From assembly GCA_963743525.1 (NCBI GenBank), contig CAVUQH010000004.1, forward strand, positions 736,001-800,000: a DNA stretch of 64,000 nucleotides, given 5' to 3'. The translations under genes were made by a program, and so were the position numbers. The notes below the pieces were generated by a model that saw only the letters and a program-made list of their open reading frames with translations, ran no database searches and had not been told where the DNA came from. Shown here one piece after another: positions 52,854 to 61,304 of the stretch. This DNA comes from an uncultured delta proteobacterium (GTDB lineage: Bacteria; Myxococcota_A; Polyangia; Haliangiales; Haliangiaceae). Position 1 is the first letter of the stretch. Each line of letters starts with the position of its first letter.

Positions 52854-53816
52854 CTACTCGCCCAGGCGCGCGTGCTCGCGGCGGCGCAGCCACAGCAGCG
52901 CCCACGCCGTGGGCAGCCACAGCGACAGCAGGCCCAGGCCGCCCAGCAGCCACTCGGCCACGTGGCCGGGGATGATGCCGTACGCGTGCAGGCCGAAGGC
53001 GGTGCGCGCGGCGAACCACAGAGTGGCCACCATCAGTCCGGCACCGGTGGCCAGCGTGCTCCAGTGCCCGGCCACGGCGACCAGCATCGGCCGAACCAGC
53101 GAGCGGTGCTCGCGCGAGCAGGCGCCGCCGAGGACCGCGCCGAGGACGACGCTGGCCACGACCGCGGGGAAGAAGAAGTCGCGGCACTCGGCGAGCAGGG
53201 CCAGCGCCGAATAGCCGTTGTCGGAGAAGAACAGGAGCAGCCCCAGGAGCAGGCCGCCGGTGCCGACGCCGGCCAGCGGCAACGCAACCGCGGCGCTATC
53301 GACGCGGGCGATCAGCCGCCGCGCCTCGGCCGCCGGGCTCGGGCCGTCGACCTCGTCCGAGGACGAGTGCAGGCGGAGGCGCCACTCGTAGTAGCGCTCG
53401 GCGACCAGCCCGGCCAGCACGTACGCGCCCAGCGCCGCGCCGCCGAGTAGCGCGCCGACCAGCGGCGCCGTCGGCCGGCCGAACATCAGGTTCGCCAGCC
53501 GCTGGGTCCACGGGTCCATCGACGCCAGGGCGGCGACCAGCACCGCGACCACCGCCGTCGCTCCGGCGGCGGCGCGCGACACGCGGTGCACGAACACCCG
53601 CTCGCACGCCATCGGCAGCAGCGCCAGCTCGCGCAGGCGTCCTTCCACTGCGTCGCGGCGGCGGGCCTCCACGCCGGCGCCGTCGTCGCGGTACGGCGAG
53701 CCGCTGCCGACCAGCGCCGCGCGCAGATCGTCGAACGGGGGAATGGCGCGGGCGGTCTCGGCGCCCAGCGCGCTCAGGTCGGAACGGATCACGTCGTCCA
53801 GGTGGCTCACGATCAT
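52854..53816 (-). CDS. Multi-TM membrane protein, possible anti-sigma factor
   Basis: About six hydrophobic segments; starts 4 bp after the ECF sigma stop. Confidence 0.6.
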   Translation of the reverse strand: MIVSHLDDVIRSDLSALGAETARAIPPFDDLRAALVGSGSPYRDDGAGVEARRRDAVEGRLRELALLPMACERVFVHRVSRAAAGATAVVAVLVAALASMDPWTQRLANLMFGRPTAPLVGALLGGAALGAYVLAGLVAERYYEWRLRLHSSSDEVDGPSPAAEARRLIARVDSAAVALPLAGVGTGGLLLGLLLFFSDNGYSALALLAECRDFFFPAVVASVVLGAVLGGACSREHRSLVRPMLVAVAGHWSTLATGAGLMVATLWFAARTAFGLHAYGIIPGHVAEWLLGGLGLLSLWLPTAWALLWLRRREHARLGE

Positions 53817-53820
53817 CTCC

Positions 53821-54351
53821 TCAGGATTCGCCCAGCAGCTCGGCTTCGGTCGCGACCACGGCGAAGCGCTTGCGATAAATCGAGCGCAGCCGGCGGCGGG
53901 CGCGGCTGAGTCGCGACTTGACCGCCGATGCCGACACGCCCTGCAGCTCGGCCACCTCGTTGACGGTCAGCTCTTGCAGGTCGTGCAGCACCACGGCTTC
54001 GCGCTGCACCGCGGGCAGGCTGCCCAGCGCCGAGCGCATGCGATCGGCGGCGCCGGGATCGGCGTCCGCCTGCGGCGACGCGGGGGCGTCGGCCAGCGGC
54101 ACCAGCCGCGACCAGAAGCTCTGGCGGGTGCGGTTGCGGTGCACCGAAAGCAGCACGCGGTAGAACCAGAAGCGAAACGCGTCGTCGCTGCGCAAGCCGT
54201 CGAGCTTGAGCAGCGCGCGCATCGCGGCCTCCTGGAACAGGTCGTCGCCGTCGGCGCCGGCGCGACACAACCGGCGCGCCAGCGCACGCATCTCGTCGTG
54301 GTGCGGCTCGAGCAGGCGACAGAGTCGTTGGCGGCGGGCTCGCTCGTACAT
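53821..54351 (-). CDS. ECF RNA polymerase sigma factor
   Basis: GDDLFQE, AFRFWFYRV, LPAVQREAVVL, SAVKSRLSRARRRL. Confidence 0.9.
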   Translation of the reverse strand: MYERARRQRLCRLLEPHHDEMRALARRLCRAGADGDDLFQEAAMRALLKLDGLRSDDAFRFWFYRVLLSVHRNRTRQSFWSRLVPLADAPASPQADADPGAADRMRSALGSLPAVQREAVVLHDLQELTVNEVAELQGVSASAVKSRLSRARRRLRSIYRKRFAVVATEAELLGES

Positions 54352-54495
54352 GGATTCACCCCGAGGGACAGTCGGGCGACACCGGACGGTCGCAAAAAAG
54401 TCCGCCGCGGGTGCGATTTGTCCGCAAGCCTCTGAAATCACGACGGGGCATTCGGGGATTTGCACAAATGCAACAGCTGTTACTCTGGGATACAG

Positions 54496-56004
54496 ATGGA
54501 CGAAGCGACCCGGCTCGACGACGAGCACCAGCTCCACGCCGCCGACCCGGAGGCGCTCGAGGCGCAGATCATGAGCCTGGCGCTGGCTCGCACCAACGCT
54601 CACAACGGCGCGCTGCACCTGTGGGATCCGACCGAGCAAGGCCTGGTGCTGGCGCTGCACGTGGTCGAGGGCCTGACCGTGACCATCCCCAAGGTGCTGC
54701 GCGCCGACGGCCCGCCCGGCATCGCGCTGCACGTGTTCGAAACCGCCGCGCCGTACTTGTGCCGCGACACCACCGTCGATCCCTACTACACGCGCTACTT
54801 GCTCGACGTCGGGTCGATGGCGGCGGTGCCGATCATGTATCAGGAGCGGCCGATCGGCGTCATCACCGTGGCGTCGCGCCGTATCAACGTGTTCGACGAC
54901 GAGCAGCTGTCGCTGCTGGCGTCGCTGGCCGAGTCGTCGGCCAAGTTCCTGCGCCGCGCGCAGCTCGACCGGCAGAGCCGCGTGGTCACCGGGCGACCGA
55001 TTCTGATCAAGGGACTGTCCCCCGGATGGATGGAGGTCGAGCGACGTATCGAGCACGCGGCGCCGACCAACGCGCCGATCCTGGTGCGCGGTGAGAGCGG
55101 CACCGGCAAGGAGCTGGTGTCGCGAGCCGTGCACTTCAACAGCCGCCGCTCGCAGGCCGCCTACGTCACGGTCAACTGCGCGGCCATCCCCGACACCATG
55201 CTGGAGAGCATCCTCTTCGGCCACGTCAAGGGCGCGTTCACCGGCGCCAGCTTCGCCAAGATCGGCGAGTTCGAAAAAGCCGACGGCGGCACGCTGTTCC
55301 TCGACGAGGTCGGCGAGCTGCCGATGCTGCTGCAAGCCAAGGTGCTGCGCGCGGTCGAGCAAGGCGAGATCCAGCCGCTGGGCTCGAACAAGCCGGCCAA
55401 GCGGGTCGACGTCCGCCTGATCTGCGCCACCAACCGCGACCTGGTGGAGATGGCGCGCGAGGGCAAGTTCCGCGACGACCTGTACTACCGGCTCAGCGTC
55501 ATGACCATCGAGCTGCCTCCGCTGCGCTCGTACAAGGACAACCTCGAGGTCATGGCCCACGTCTTCGTGCAGCAGGCGGCCGAGCGCAACCAGGTGGTGG
55601 CGCCGCGCATCTCGCCCGAGGCCATGGACCTGATCATGGCCTACGACTACCCGGGCAACGTGCGCGAGCTGAAGAACGCGCTCGAGCACGCGGTGATCAT
55701 GAGCAGTGGTGGGCAGATCCGTCCGACCGACCTGCCGGCCGCGTTTCAGGAGCCGCCGCAGCCGACCGCGCCCGCCGCCGCGCCTACCACCTCGGCGCCG
55801 CCACCCGCCGCCACGTTGCGCGAGATGCGCGAGACCTGGCTGGCTCCGCTGGAGCGGCAGTACCTGTCCGACCTTCTCGAGCAGTGCGGCGGCAACGTGC
55901 GCGAGGCGGCCTCACGAGCCGGCGTCAATCCGGTGACCATGTACCGCTTGCTGCGCAAGCGCGGCCTCGAGCTTCGCCGCCAGGTCGCCGACGCCACCGA
56001 ATAG
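54496..56004 (+). CDS. GAF-domain sigma54-dependent activator (Fis HTH)
   Basis: [42 protein letters not shown]. Confidence 0.95.
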   Translation: MDEATRLDDEHQLHAADPEALEAQIMSLALARTNAHNGALHLWDPTEQGLVLALHVVEGLTVTIPKVLRADGPPGIALHVFETAAPYLCRDTTVDPYYTRYLLDVGSMAAVPIMYQERPIGVITVASRRINVFDDEQLSLLASLAESSAKFLRRAQLDRQSRVVTGRPILIKGLSPGWMEVERRIEHAAPTNAPILVRGESGTGKELVSRAVHFNSRRSQAAYVTVNCAAIPDTMLESILFGHVKGAFTGASFAKIGEFEKADGGTLFLDEVGELPMLLQAKVLRAVEQGEIQPLGSNKPAKRVDVRLICATNRDLVEMAREGKFRDDLYYRLSVMTIELPPLRSYKDNLEVMAHVFVQQAAERNQVVAPRISPEAMDLIMAYDYPGNVRELKNALEHAVIMSSGGQIRPTDLPAAFQEPPQPTAPAAAPTTSAPPPAATLREMRETWLAPLERQYLSDLLEQCGGNVREAASRAGVNPVTMYRLLRKRGLELRRQVADATE

Positions 56005-56085
56005 CCGGCCCGAAACGAGAAACGGCGACAGACCACCTGGCCTGCCGCCGTCCCTCACGACTCCGACTCTCGTAGGAAATCCAGG

Positions 56086-56856
56086 CTAGAGGAGCTCCAC
56101 CTGGGGCAGAAGCTCGACGATCGACTCGAGCGCGCGCTTGGCGTTGGACTTGCTGTCGTAGACCTCGCTGGTGGCGATGATCTGACCGTTGCTGGCGACG
56201 AGGTTCAGGTAGTAACCGCCGTTCTTGGCCAGCTCGATGCGGAAGTTGCCGGGGTCGGTGCCGTTGTCCCAGACCGAGAAGGTGCCGTTGAGCGCGGCCG
56301 CCTCGCTGGTGTAGGCCTCCGAGCGCAGCATGATCTCGCCGTTGCCGGCGCGAAGGTTGAAGTAGAAGCCGTTGGCGCCCTGGTAGACGACGAAGCGCTC
56401 ACCGCGACGGCTGGCGAGGAAGGCCAGGTAGTCGTCGGAGGCGTTCATCACCGCGAGGATCCCGCGCTGCGCGTTCTCGCTGCTGGCGTACATCTCGCTG
56501 GTGCCGATGATCTTGCCGTTGGCCGCCTGCAGGACGAAGTAGCTGTCGCCCGACCTGGCGGTGCGGACCTCGAAGTTGCCGCGGTTGCCGGCGTTGTCGA
56601 GCACCGACAGCACCCCGCCGAGGGCGCCGGTGCGGGTGGTGTAGCTCTGCGAGGTCAGGACGATCTCGTGGTTCGCAGCGGCGAAGTTGAAGTGGTACTT
56701 GCCGGTCTCGCCGCGCAGCAGCTCGAAGTAGGGGCGGCCGCTGATGTTGTCGGTCGAGTTGCCAATCTGATCGGCGCCGTCGGTGACGCACGCGGGCGCC
56801 AGCGCGCCGATGGCCAGGGTGGCGAGGAGGGGGAGGATGCGGATGGTCTTGAACAT
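56086..56856 (-). CDS. Lipoprotein with tandem YegP/DUF1508 repeats
   Basis: Four F.L.A.NG.I..TSE.Y.S-like repeats after lipobox APAC. Confidence 0.8.
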   Translation of the reverse strand: MFKTIRILPLLATLAIGALAPACVTDGADQIGNSTDNISGRPYFELLRGETGKYHFNFAAANHEIVLTSQSYTTRTGALGGVLSVLDNAGNRGNFEVRTARSGDSYFVLQAANGKIIGTSEMYASSENAQRGILAVMNASDDYLAFLASRRGERFVVYQGANGFYFNLRAGNGEIMLRSEAYTSEAAALNGTFSVWDNGTDPGNFRIELAKNGGYYLNLVASNGQIIATSEVYDSKSNAKRALESIVELLPQVELL

Positions 56857-56912
56857 TGTCTTTGCTCCGGTCGGAAGGTCGTGTGTGGTGTCCGAATGTG
56901 CCGCCCGGTAGA

Positions 56913-56927
56913 GCAAGGTAGGTGCCA
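56913..56927 (-). promoter_or_regulatory. Sigma54 (-24/-12) promoter
   Basis: - strand TGGCAC-CTACC-TTGC, a perfect consensus match. Confidence 0.8.
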
Positions 56928-57026
56928 GTCCGACAATCCTCTAACGTATTTGAATTACGTGCTTTCCTGAATCCTCTTCCTTTTTCACATGCAGCGAGTG
57001 TTTACTTTGTGCAACTCGCGTTGCTT

Positions 57027-57857
57027 CTAGTTCATGTTTACGCCGATTCCGGCGCTGCCGAAGACGGCCGACGGACTGGCGGTGAGATCCAGCCGCAGGT
57101 CGAGCACGAAGGTGCCGACCCGGACCACGGCGTAGCTGGCGCCGGTGGTCAGTCCGGGGCTGAGGGTGGCATCGGCGAAGCCGGGATCGAAGTCGAGCAC
57201 CATGGCCGGCCCGGCGCGCAGCCACAGCCGCGTCGCCGGCCACCACTGCGCCGCCATGCCCCAGGCGAACGCCATGGCGCCGCCGGCGCTGTCCGATCCG
57301 CTGACCAGCGAGAAGCAGCCGACCAGGCCGAAGGTCGGCGACAGCATGCCGCCGAGATAGAGGCCGCCCGACGGCAGCGGTGTTGACGTGTCGTCGAGGC
57401 GCCCCATGCCGACGTGCATACCGAGGATCGTGCCCCAGCGGAGGTTGGCGTCGTTGGGCGGCCCCCAGCGCAGCGATGGACCGTTGACCCGCGTGATCAT
57501 GCCGTTGGCGTCAACCTGCGCGACCACGTTGGTGTGGGTCTTCCAGATCGATCCCGGCCGCAGCTCGGCCTCGCCTTCGATCAGCCCCGGCTCGACGTGC
57601 AGCGACGCGTGGCCACCGGGCAGCTCGATGTGGTGCCGCGTGTGGATCCAGCGCAGCTGCGTACCACCGCCGGCGGTCGCGGCAACCTGCGCTGGTGTGC
57701 CCCAGCGCGCTTCGATGGCGTGACGCGACCGTCCCTGCCACGCGGCGTTGACGTCGCGTGCCGCAGGCGCGCCCGAGTAGCACGCCACCGCAACCGCGGC
57801 GATCGACAGCGACACGACCAGCGCGCCGAGACGACGACGAAACCGGGAACGCCCCAC
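57027..57857 (-). CDS. Hypothetical lipoprotein, possible C-terminal beta-barrel-like strands
   Basis: Lipobox AVAC; WQGRS..WGTP; alternating hydrophobic C-terminal half; TAGTG overlap. Confidence 0.6.
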   Translation of the reverse strand: MGRSRFRRRLGALVVSLSIAAVAVACYSGAPAARDVNAAWQGRSRHAIEARWGTPAQVAATAGGGTQLRWIHTRHHIELPGGHASLHVEPGLIEGEAELRPGSIWKTHTNVVAQVDANGMITRVNGPSLRWGPPNDANLRWGTILGMHVGMGRLDDTSTPLPSGGLYLGGMLSPTFGLVGCFSLVSGSDSAGGAMAFAWGMAAQWWPATRLWLRAGPAMVLDFDPGFADATLSPGLTTGASYAVVRVGTFVLDLRLDLTASPSAVFGSAGIGVNMN

Positions 57858-58294
57858 TAGTCGCCCGCGCCGTCCTCGTCGTCGCTGTCGTCGTCGTTCT
57901 TCGGGCACGGCTCGGTCGCCTTCACCGGTGCCGTGCGCTCGGGATTCTCGGGTGCGGGAATCAGATCGATGTGCCCGGGTGCCGCCGGCTGGGTCACCGC
58001 CGCGTTGGCGTCGGGCGACGGCGCGCACGGCCGCTGGTCCTTGGAGTCGGCGCGATCGAGCACCGAGGAGGGAACCGTCTCCTTGGGCCCCTTGACCCCC
58101 TTGAGCGACTTCTCCGTCTGTCCCTCGGGCTTGCGACCCGCGGCGTCGGGATTGGCCAGGGTCAGCGCGGCGGCAGCGGCGGCAGCACCGACAGCGACCG
58201 TCGCCGGATCGGGGCGAGGAACCTTCGCTCCCACCGGCTCGCCGCCACAGCCAACGGCGAAGAGCATCACCAGGCACGTTGCTGCGTATCGCAT
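57857..58294 (-). CDS. Hypothetical lipoprotein
   Basis: Lipobox AVGC; SD GGAGG. Confidence 0.65.
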   Translation of the reverse strand: MRYAATCLVMLFAVGCGGEPVGAKVPRPDPATVAVGAAAAAAALTLANPDAAGRKPEGQTEKSLKGVKGPKETVPSSVLDRADSKDQRPCAPSPDANAAVTQPAAPGHIDLIPAPENPERTAPVKATEPCPKNDDDSDDEDGAGD

Positions 58295-58392
58295 CGCCTA
58301 CCTCCCGGAACCTTCGGCCGCCCCAATGATACCGCCTCGAGCCCGCCGGGCCCAGCCTGGTCTCCCGGCCGAGGAGGCGCTATGACCCCGGC

Positions 58393-59169
58393 ATGGTATC
58401 GGACCGAGATCCCAAGCGTCGCTTCGGTGACCGGGTCGCCGACTACGTCAAATACCGCCCCCACTACCCGGCGGCGATGGTCGACTGGATGCACGCGCGC
58501 GGCGTCGCCGCCGATCACGTAGTCGCCGATCTCGGCGCCGGTACCGGCATCCTGACCGACCTGCTGCTCGCTGCTGGTCACCGGGTCTACGCCATCGAGC
58601 CCAACCCCGCCATGCGCGCCGCCGCCGAGGCGCAACTGGCCCATCGGCCCGGCTTCACCAGCGTCGATGCCTCGGCCGAAGCGACCACCCTGCCCTCGTC
58701 GTCGGTCGATCTGGTGACCGCCGGCCAGGCGTTCCACTGGTTCGACGTGGACGCGACCCGCGCCGAGTGCCTGCGCATCCTCCGCCCCGGCGGTCACGCC
58801 GGCCTGGTGTGGAACGACCGGCTGCCCCAGGCCTCGCCGGCGATGGCCGCCTACGAGCAACTGCTCGCCGACTGGGGCACCGACTACCGCCAGACCACCT
58901 TCCGCTTCCAGGGCCTGGACGACAAGCTCGCCCGCTTCTTCGGCGGACCGTACGAGATAGCCGAATTCGCCAACGCCCAGCGGCTGGACGAAGCCGGGCT
59001 GCTCGGTCGCTTCTTCTCCTCGTCGTACACGCCGGCCCGCGACGACCGGCGCTACGAAGCGGCCGCCGACGCCGCGCGGGCGATGTTCCACGGCCACCAG
59101 CACGATGGCGCCGTCGAGCTGCTGTACCAGACCCGGTTGTTCTTCGGCGCCGTCGTCGCTGGTGACTGA
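58393..59169 (+). CDS. Class I SAM-dependent methyltransferase
   Basis: YRPHYP, ADLGAGTG, AGQAFHWFD, ILRPGG. Confidence 0.9.
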   Translation: MVSDRDPKRRFGDRVADYVKYRPHYPAAMVDWMHARGVAADHVVADLGAGTGILTDLLLAAGHRVYAIEPNPAMRAAAEAQLAHRPGFTSVDASAEATTLPSSSVDLVTAGQAFHWFDVDATRAECLRILRPGGHAGLVWNDRLPQASPAMAAYEQLLADWGTDYRQTTFRFQGLDDKLARFFGGPYEIAEFANAQRLDEAGLLGRFFSSSYTPARDDRRYEAAADAARAMFHGHQHDGAVELLYQTRLFFGAVVAGD

Positions 59170-59191
59170 TCGGGCCGACTGGCCGGCCCGC

Positions 59192-59560
59192 CTAGAACGG
59201 GATGTCGTTGTCCATGTCGAAGTCGGGCGGCGGATCGTCGGGCGGCGGCGGTTGCTCGTCGTCGAAGACGTTGCCGCCGAGCTGCTGGATGGTCCAGACG
59301 TCGAGGCTGTTGAAGTACTTCACCTCGCCCTTGGGGCTGTTCCACTCGCGCCCGCGCAAGCTGAAGTCGATCCGCACCTCGTCGCCGACCTTGAAGCCAT
59401 CGATCGCGTCGACGCGATCGCCCGTCAGCTGGAACAGCACGTACTGCGGGTACTTCGGGTTGTCGGCGATCTCGACGACGAACTCGCGCTTGTGAAAGCG
59501 CTCCGTCACCTGCTTGGTGTCGAAGATCGCGTGGATCTTGCCGGTGGCTTCGATGCCCAT
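59192..59560 (-). CDS. DUF3127 family OB-fold / SSB-like protein
   Basis: FHKREFVV, YPQYV, F.LRGREW..KYFNSL; acidic tail DMDNDIPF. Confidence 0.8.
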   Translation of the reverse strand: MGIEATGKIHAIFDTKQVTERFHKREFVVEIADNPKYPQYVLFQLTGDRVDAIDGFKVGDEVRIDFSLRGREWNSPKGEVKYFNSLDVWTIQQLGGNVFDDEQPPPPDDPPPDFDMDNDIPF

Positions 59561-59684
59561 GGGCCGGAGCATACGCGGGAGCAGCGCAACAGCAACCCCG
59601 AGATCGCGCGATCTGGCCCCATTCGCCCAGACAGCGCCCGGCCGAGGTTTTCCCGCGCGCCGTCATCCCTCACTATAGGGAACC

Positions 59685-60239
59685 GTGGGCGAGTCCAAAG
59701 GTACGTTGTTCCTTTCCGCCAAGCTCTATGCCGAGAAGGAGCTTGGCGCCGACGCCGTCGAGGCCACCCTGGCCCAGCTGCCCGACGGTGACCGCGAGCT
59801 CCTGGAGGGGATCGTCGCCGTGGGCTGGTATCCGCTCGAGCCGATCATGCGCTTCCACCACATCCTCGATCGCGACTACGGTCGCGGCGACCTCAGCCTG
59901 TGCTACGAGATCGGCCGCTTCGCCGCCGCCTGGCAGCTGAACGCGTTCCACAAGTTCGTGCTCAAGTTCAAGTCGCCGCGGTGGATGCTGCAGAAGGCCT
60001 CCAGCCTGTGGAGCACCTACCACGACTCCGGTCGCTGGGAGGTCGGTGAGCCCGAGCCCGGCGTGATGCGCGGCTGTCTGTACGACTTCGCCAGCGTCGA
60101 CGCCGCCTTCTGCAGACGCGAGATGGGCTGGTTTGCCCGCGCCATCGAGCTGACCGGCGGCAAGCTGCTGGAGATCGACGAGCCCCGCTGCCGCGCGCGC
60201 GGCGACGACTGCTGCGAGTACGTCGGCCGCTGGAGCTAG
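59685..60239 (+). CDS. Myxobacterial V4R/HNOB-like small protein
   Basis: SKGT, GWYP, W.TYHDSG, CRARGDDCCEY. Confidence 0.65.
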   Translation: MGESKGTLFLSAKLYAEKELGADAVEATLAQLPDGDRELLEGIVAVGWYPLEPIMRFHHILDRDYGRGDLSLCYEIGRFAAAWQLNAFHKFVLKFKSPRWMLQKASSLWSTYHDSGRWEVGEPEPGVMRGCLYDFASVDAAFCRREMGWFARAIELTGGKLLEIDEPRCRARGDDCCEYVGRWS

Positions 60240-61258
60240 CCGGCGCGCTCGGTGCGACCGTCGGCGTGGATGGCGAAGCGCCCCTCGTCGCGCGGGTGCA
60301 CCGGCCCGTCGCTTGCCCACGGCCAGCCGCCGAACTCGGTGCGCCGATAGTCGACGAACGCCTGCTGGATCTCGGCCGGGCTGTTCATCACGAACGGGCC
60401 GTACTGCACCACCGGCTCGCCGATCGGCCGCCCCTGCAGGAGCAACAGCTCGGCCTCGGTGTCGCCGTTCTCGAGCTCGATCTCGACGTCGGGCCGCACG
60501 CGCACACCGATGCCCGGCGCCACCGGGCGATCGTCGACGCGAACGCGGCTGCCGGCGAACAAATACAGCATCCGATTGGTCCCCGGCGCCGCCGGTGGCA
60601 GGGTGAAGCGGGCCTCGGCATCGAGGCGCAGCGTCCAGATCGCCACGTCGGCATCGGCACGGCTCGCCCACGAGCCGGGTGGCGGTGGCGGCGGCGCGGC
60701 GACGTCGGGCAGGCGCCCGGCGATGACGGCGACCTCGGTACCGCGGCCGGCGGCGTCGCGGAACGTATGCCGCGGGATGCTCTCGTTCCACAGCATCGAG
60801 AAGTGCGGCTCGACCATCTTGTCCTCGCGCGGCAGGTTGAGCCAGATCTGGAACAGCTCGGTCGGGTTGGGTTCGTCGCGCTCGACCAGCGGGAACATCT
60901 CGCAGTGAACGATGCCGCGACCGGCGGTGATCCACTGGACGTCGCCGTTGCCGAAGCGCGCCGTGGCGCCCAGCGAATCGGAGTGATCGATGTAGCCGCG
61001 CCGCGCGATGGTCACGGTTTCGAACCCGCGGTGCGGGTGGCGCGGAAAGCCGGGCACGACGTCGCCGTGGTACATGCGCCAGCCGTCGATCCCCTCGAAG
61101 TCCATGCCGATGGTGCGCCCGCGCAGCGACGCCGCAGGGCCCATCATCTCGTTGCCCGCCGGGTAGGCGTCCAGGTGATGGACGCAAAACAGGAACGGAT
61201 CGGCGGTCTGCCAGGGAAAGCCGAGCGGGATGGTGTCGAGAACGGCGGAGCTGCTCAC
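60236..61258 (-). CDS. Pirin family protein
   Basis: GFPRHPHRGFETVT, DHSDS, GIVHCE, QIWLNLP, YGPFVMN. Confidence 0.93.
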   Translation of the reverse strand: MSSSAVLDTIPLGFPWQTADPFLFCVHHLDAYPAGNEMMGPAASLRGRTIGMDFEGIDGWRMYHGDVVPGFPRHPHRGFETVTIARRGYIDHSDSLGATARFGNGDVQWITAGRGIVHCEMFPLVERDEPNPTELFQIWLNLPREDKMVEPHFSMLWNESIPRHTFRDAAGRGTEVAVIAGRLPDVAAPPPPPPGSWASRADADVAIWTLRLDAEARFTLPPAAPGTNRMLYLFAGSRVRVDDRPVAPGIGVRVRPDVEIELENGDTEAELLLLQGRPIGEPVVQYGPFVMNSPAEIQQAFVDYRRTEFGGWPWASDGPVHPRDEGRFAIHADGRTERAG

Positions 61259-61304
61259 GCCGGGAGCATAGCTGCTATCCTCGCTTCTTCAACGGGGGGA
61301 TCGA

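Noticed and set aside
54352..55689. Long N-terminal extension of the ECF sigma ORF (622 aa)
   Set aside because: Antisense to the sigma54 activator; the sigma domain begins at ATG 54351
59667..59681. CCCTCACTATAGGGA resembling T7/T3 phage promoters
   Set aside because: The upstream specificity region is missing and there is no phage or vector context; more likely a host -10 element
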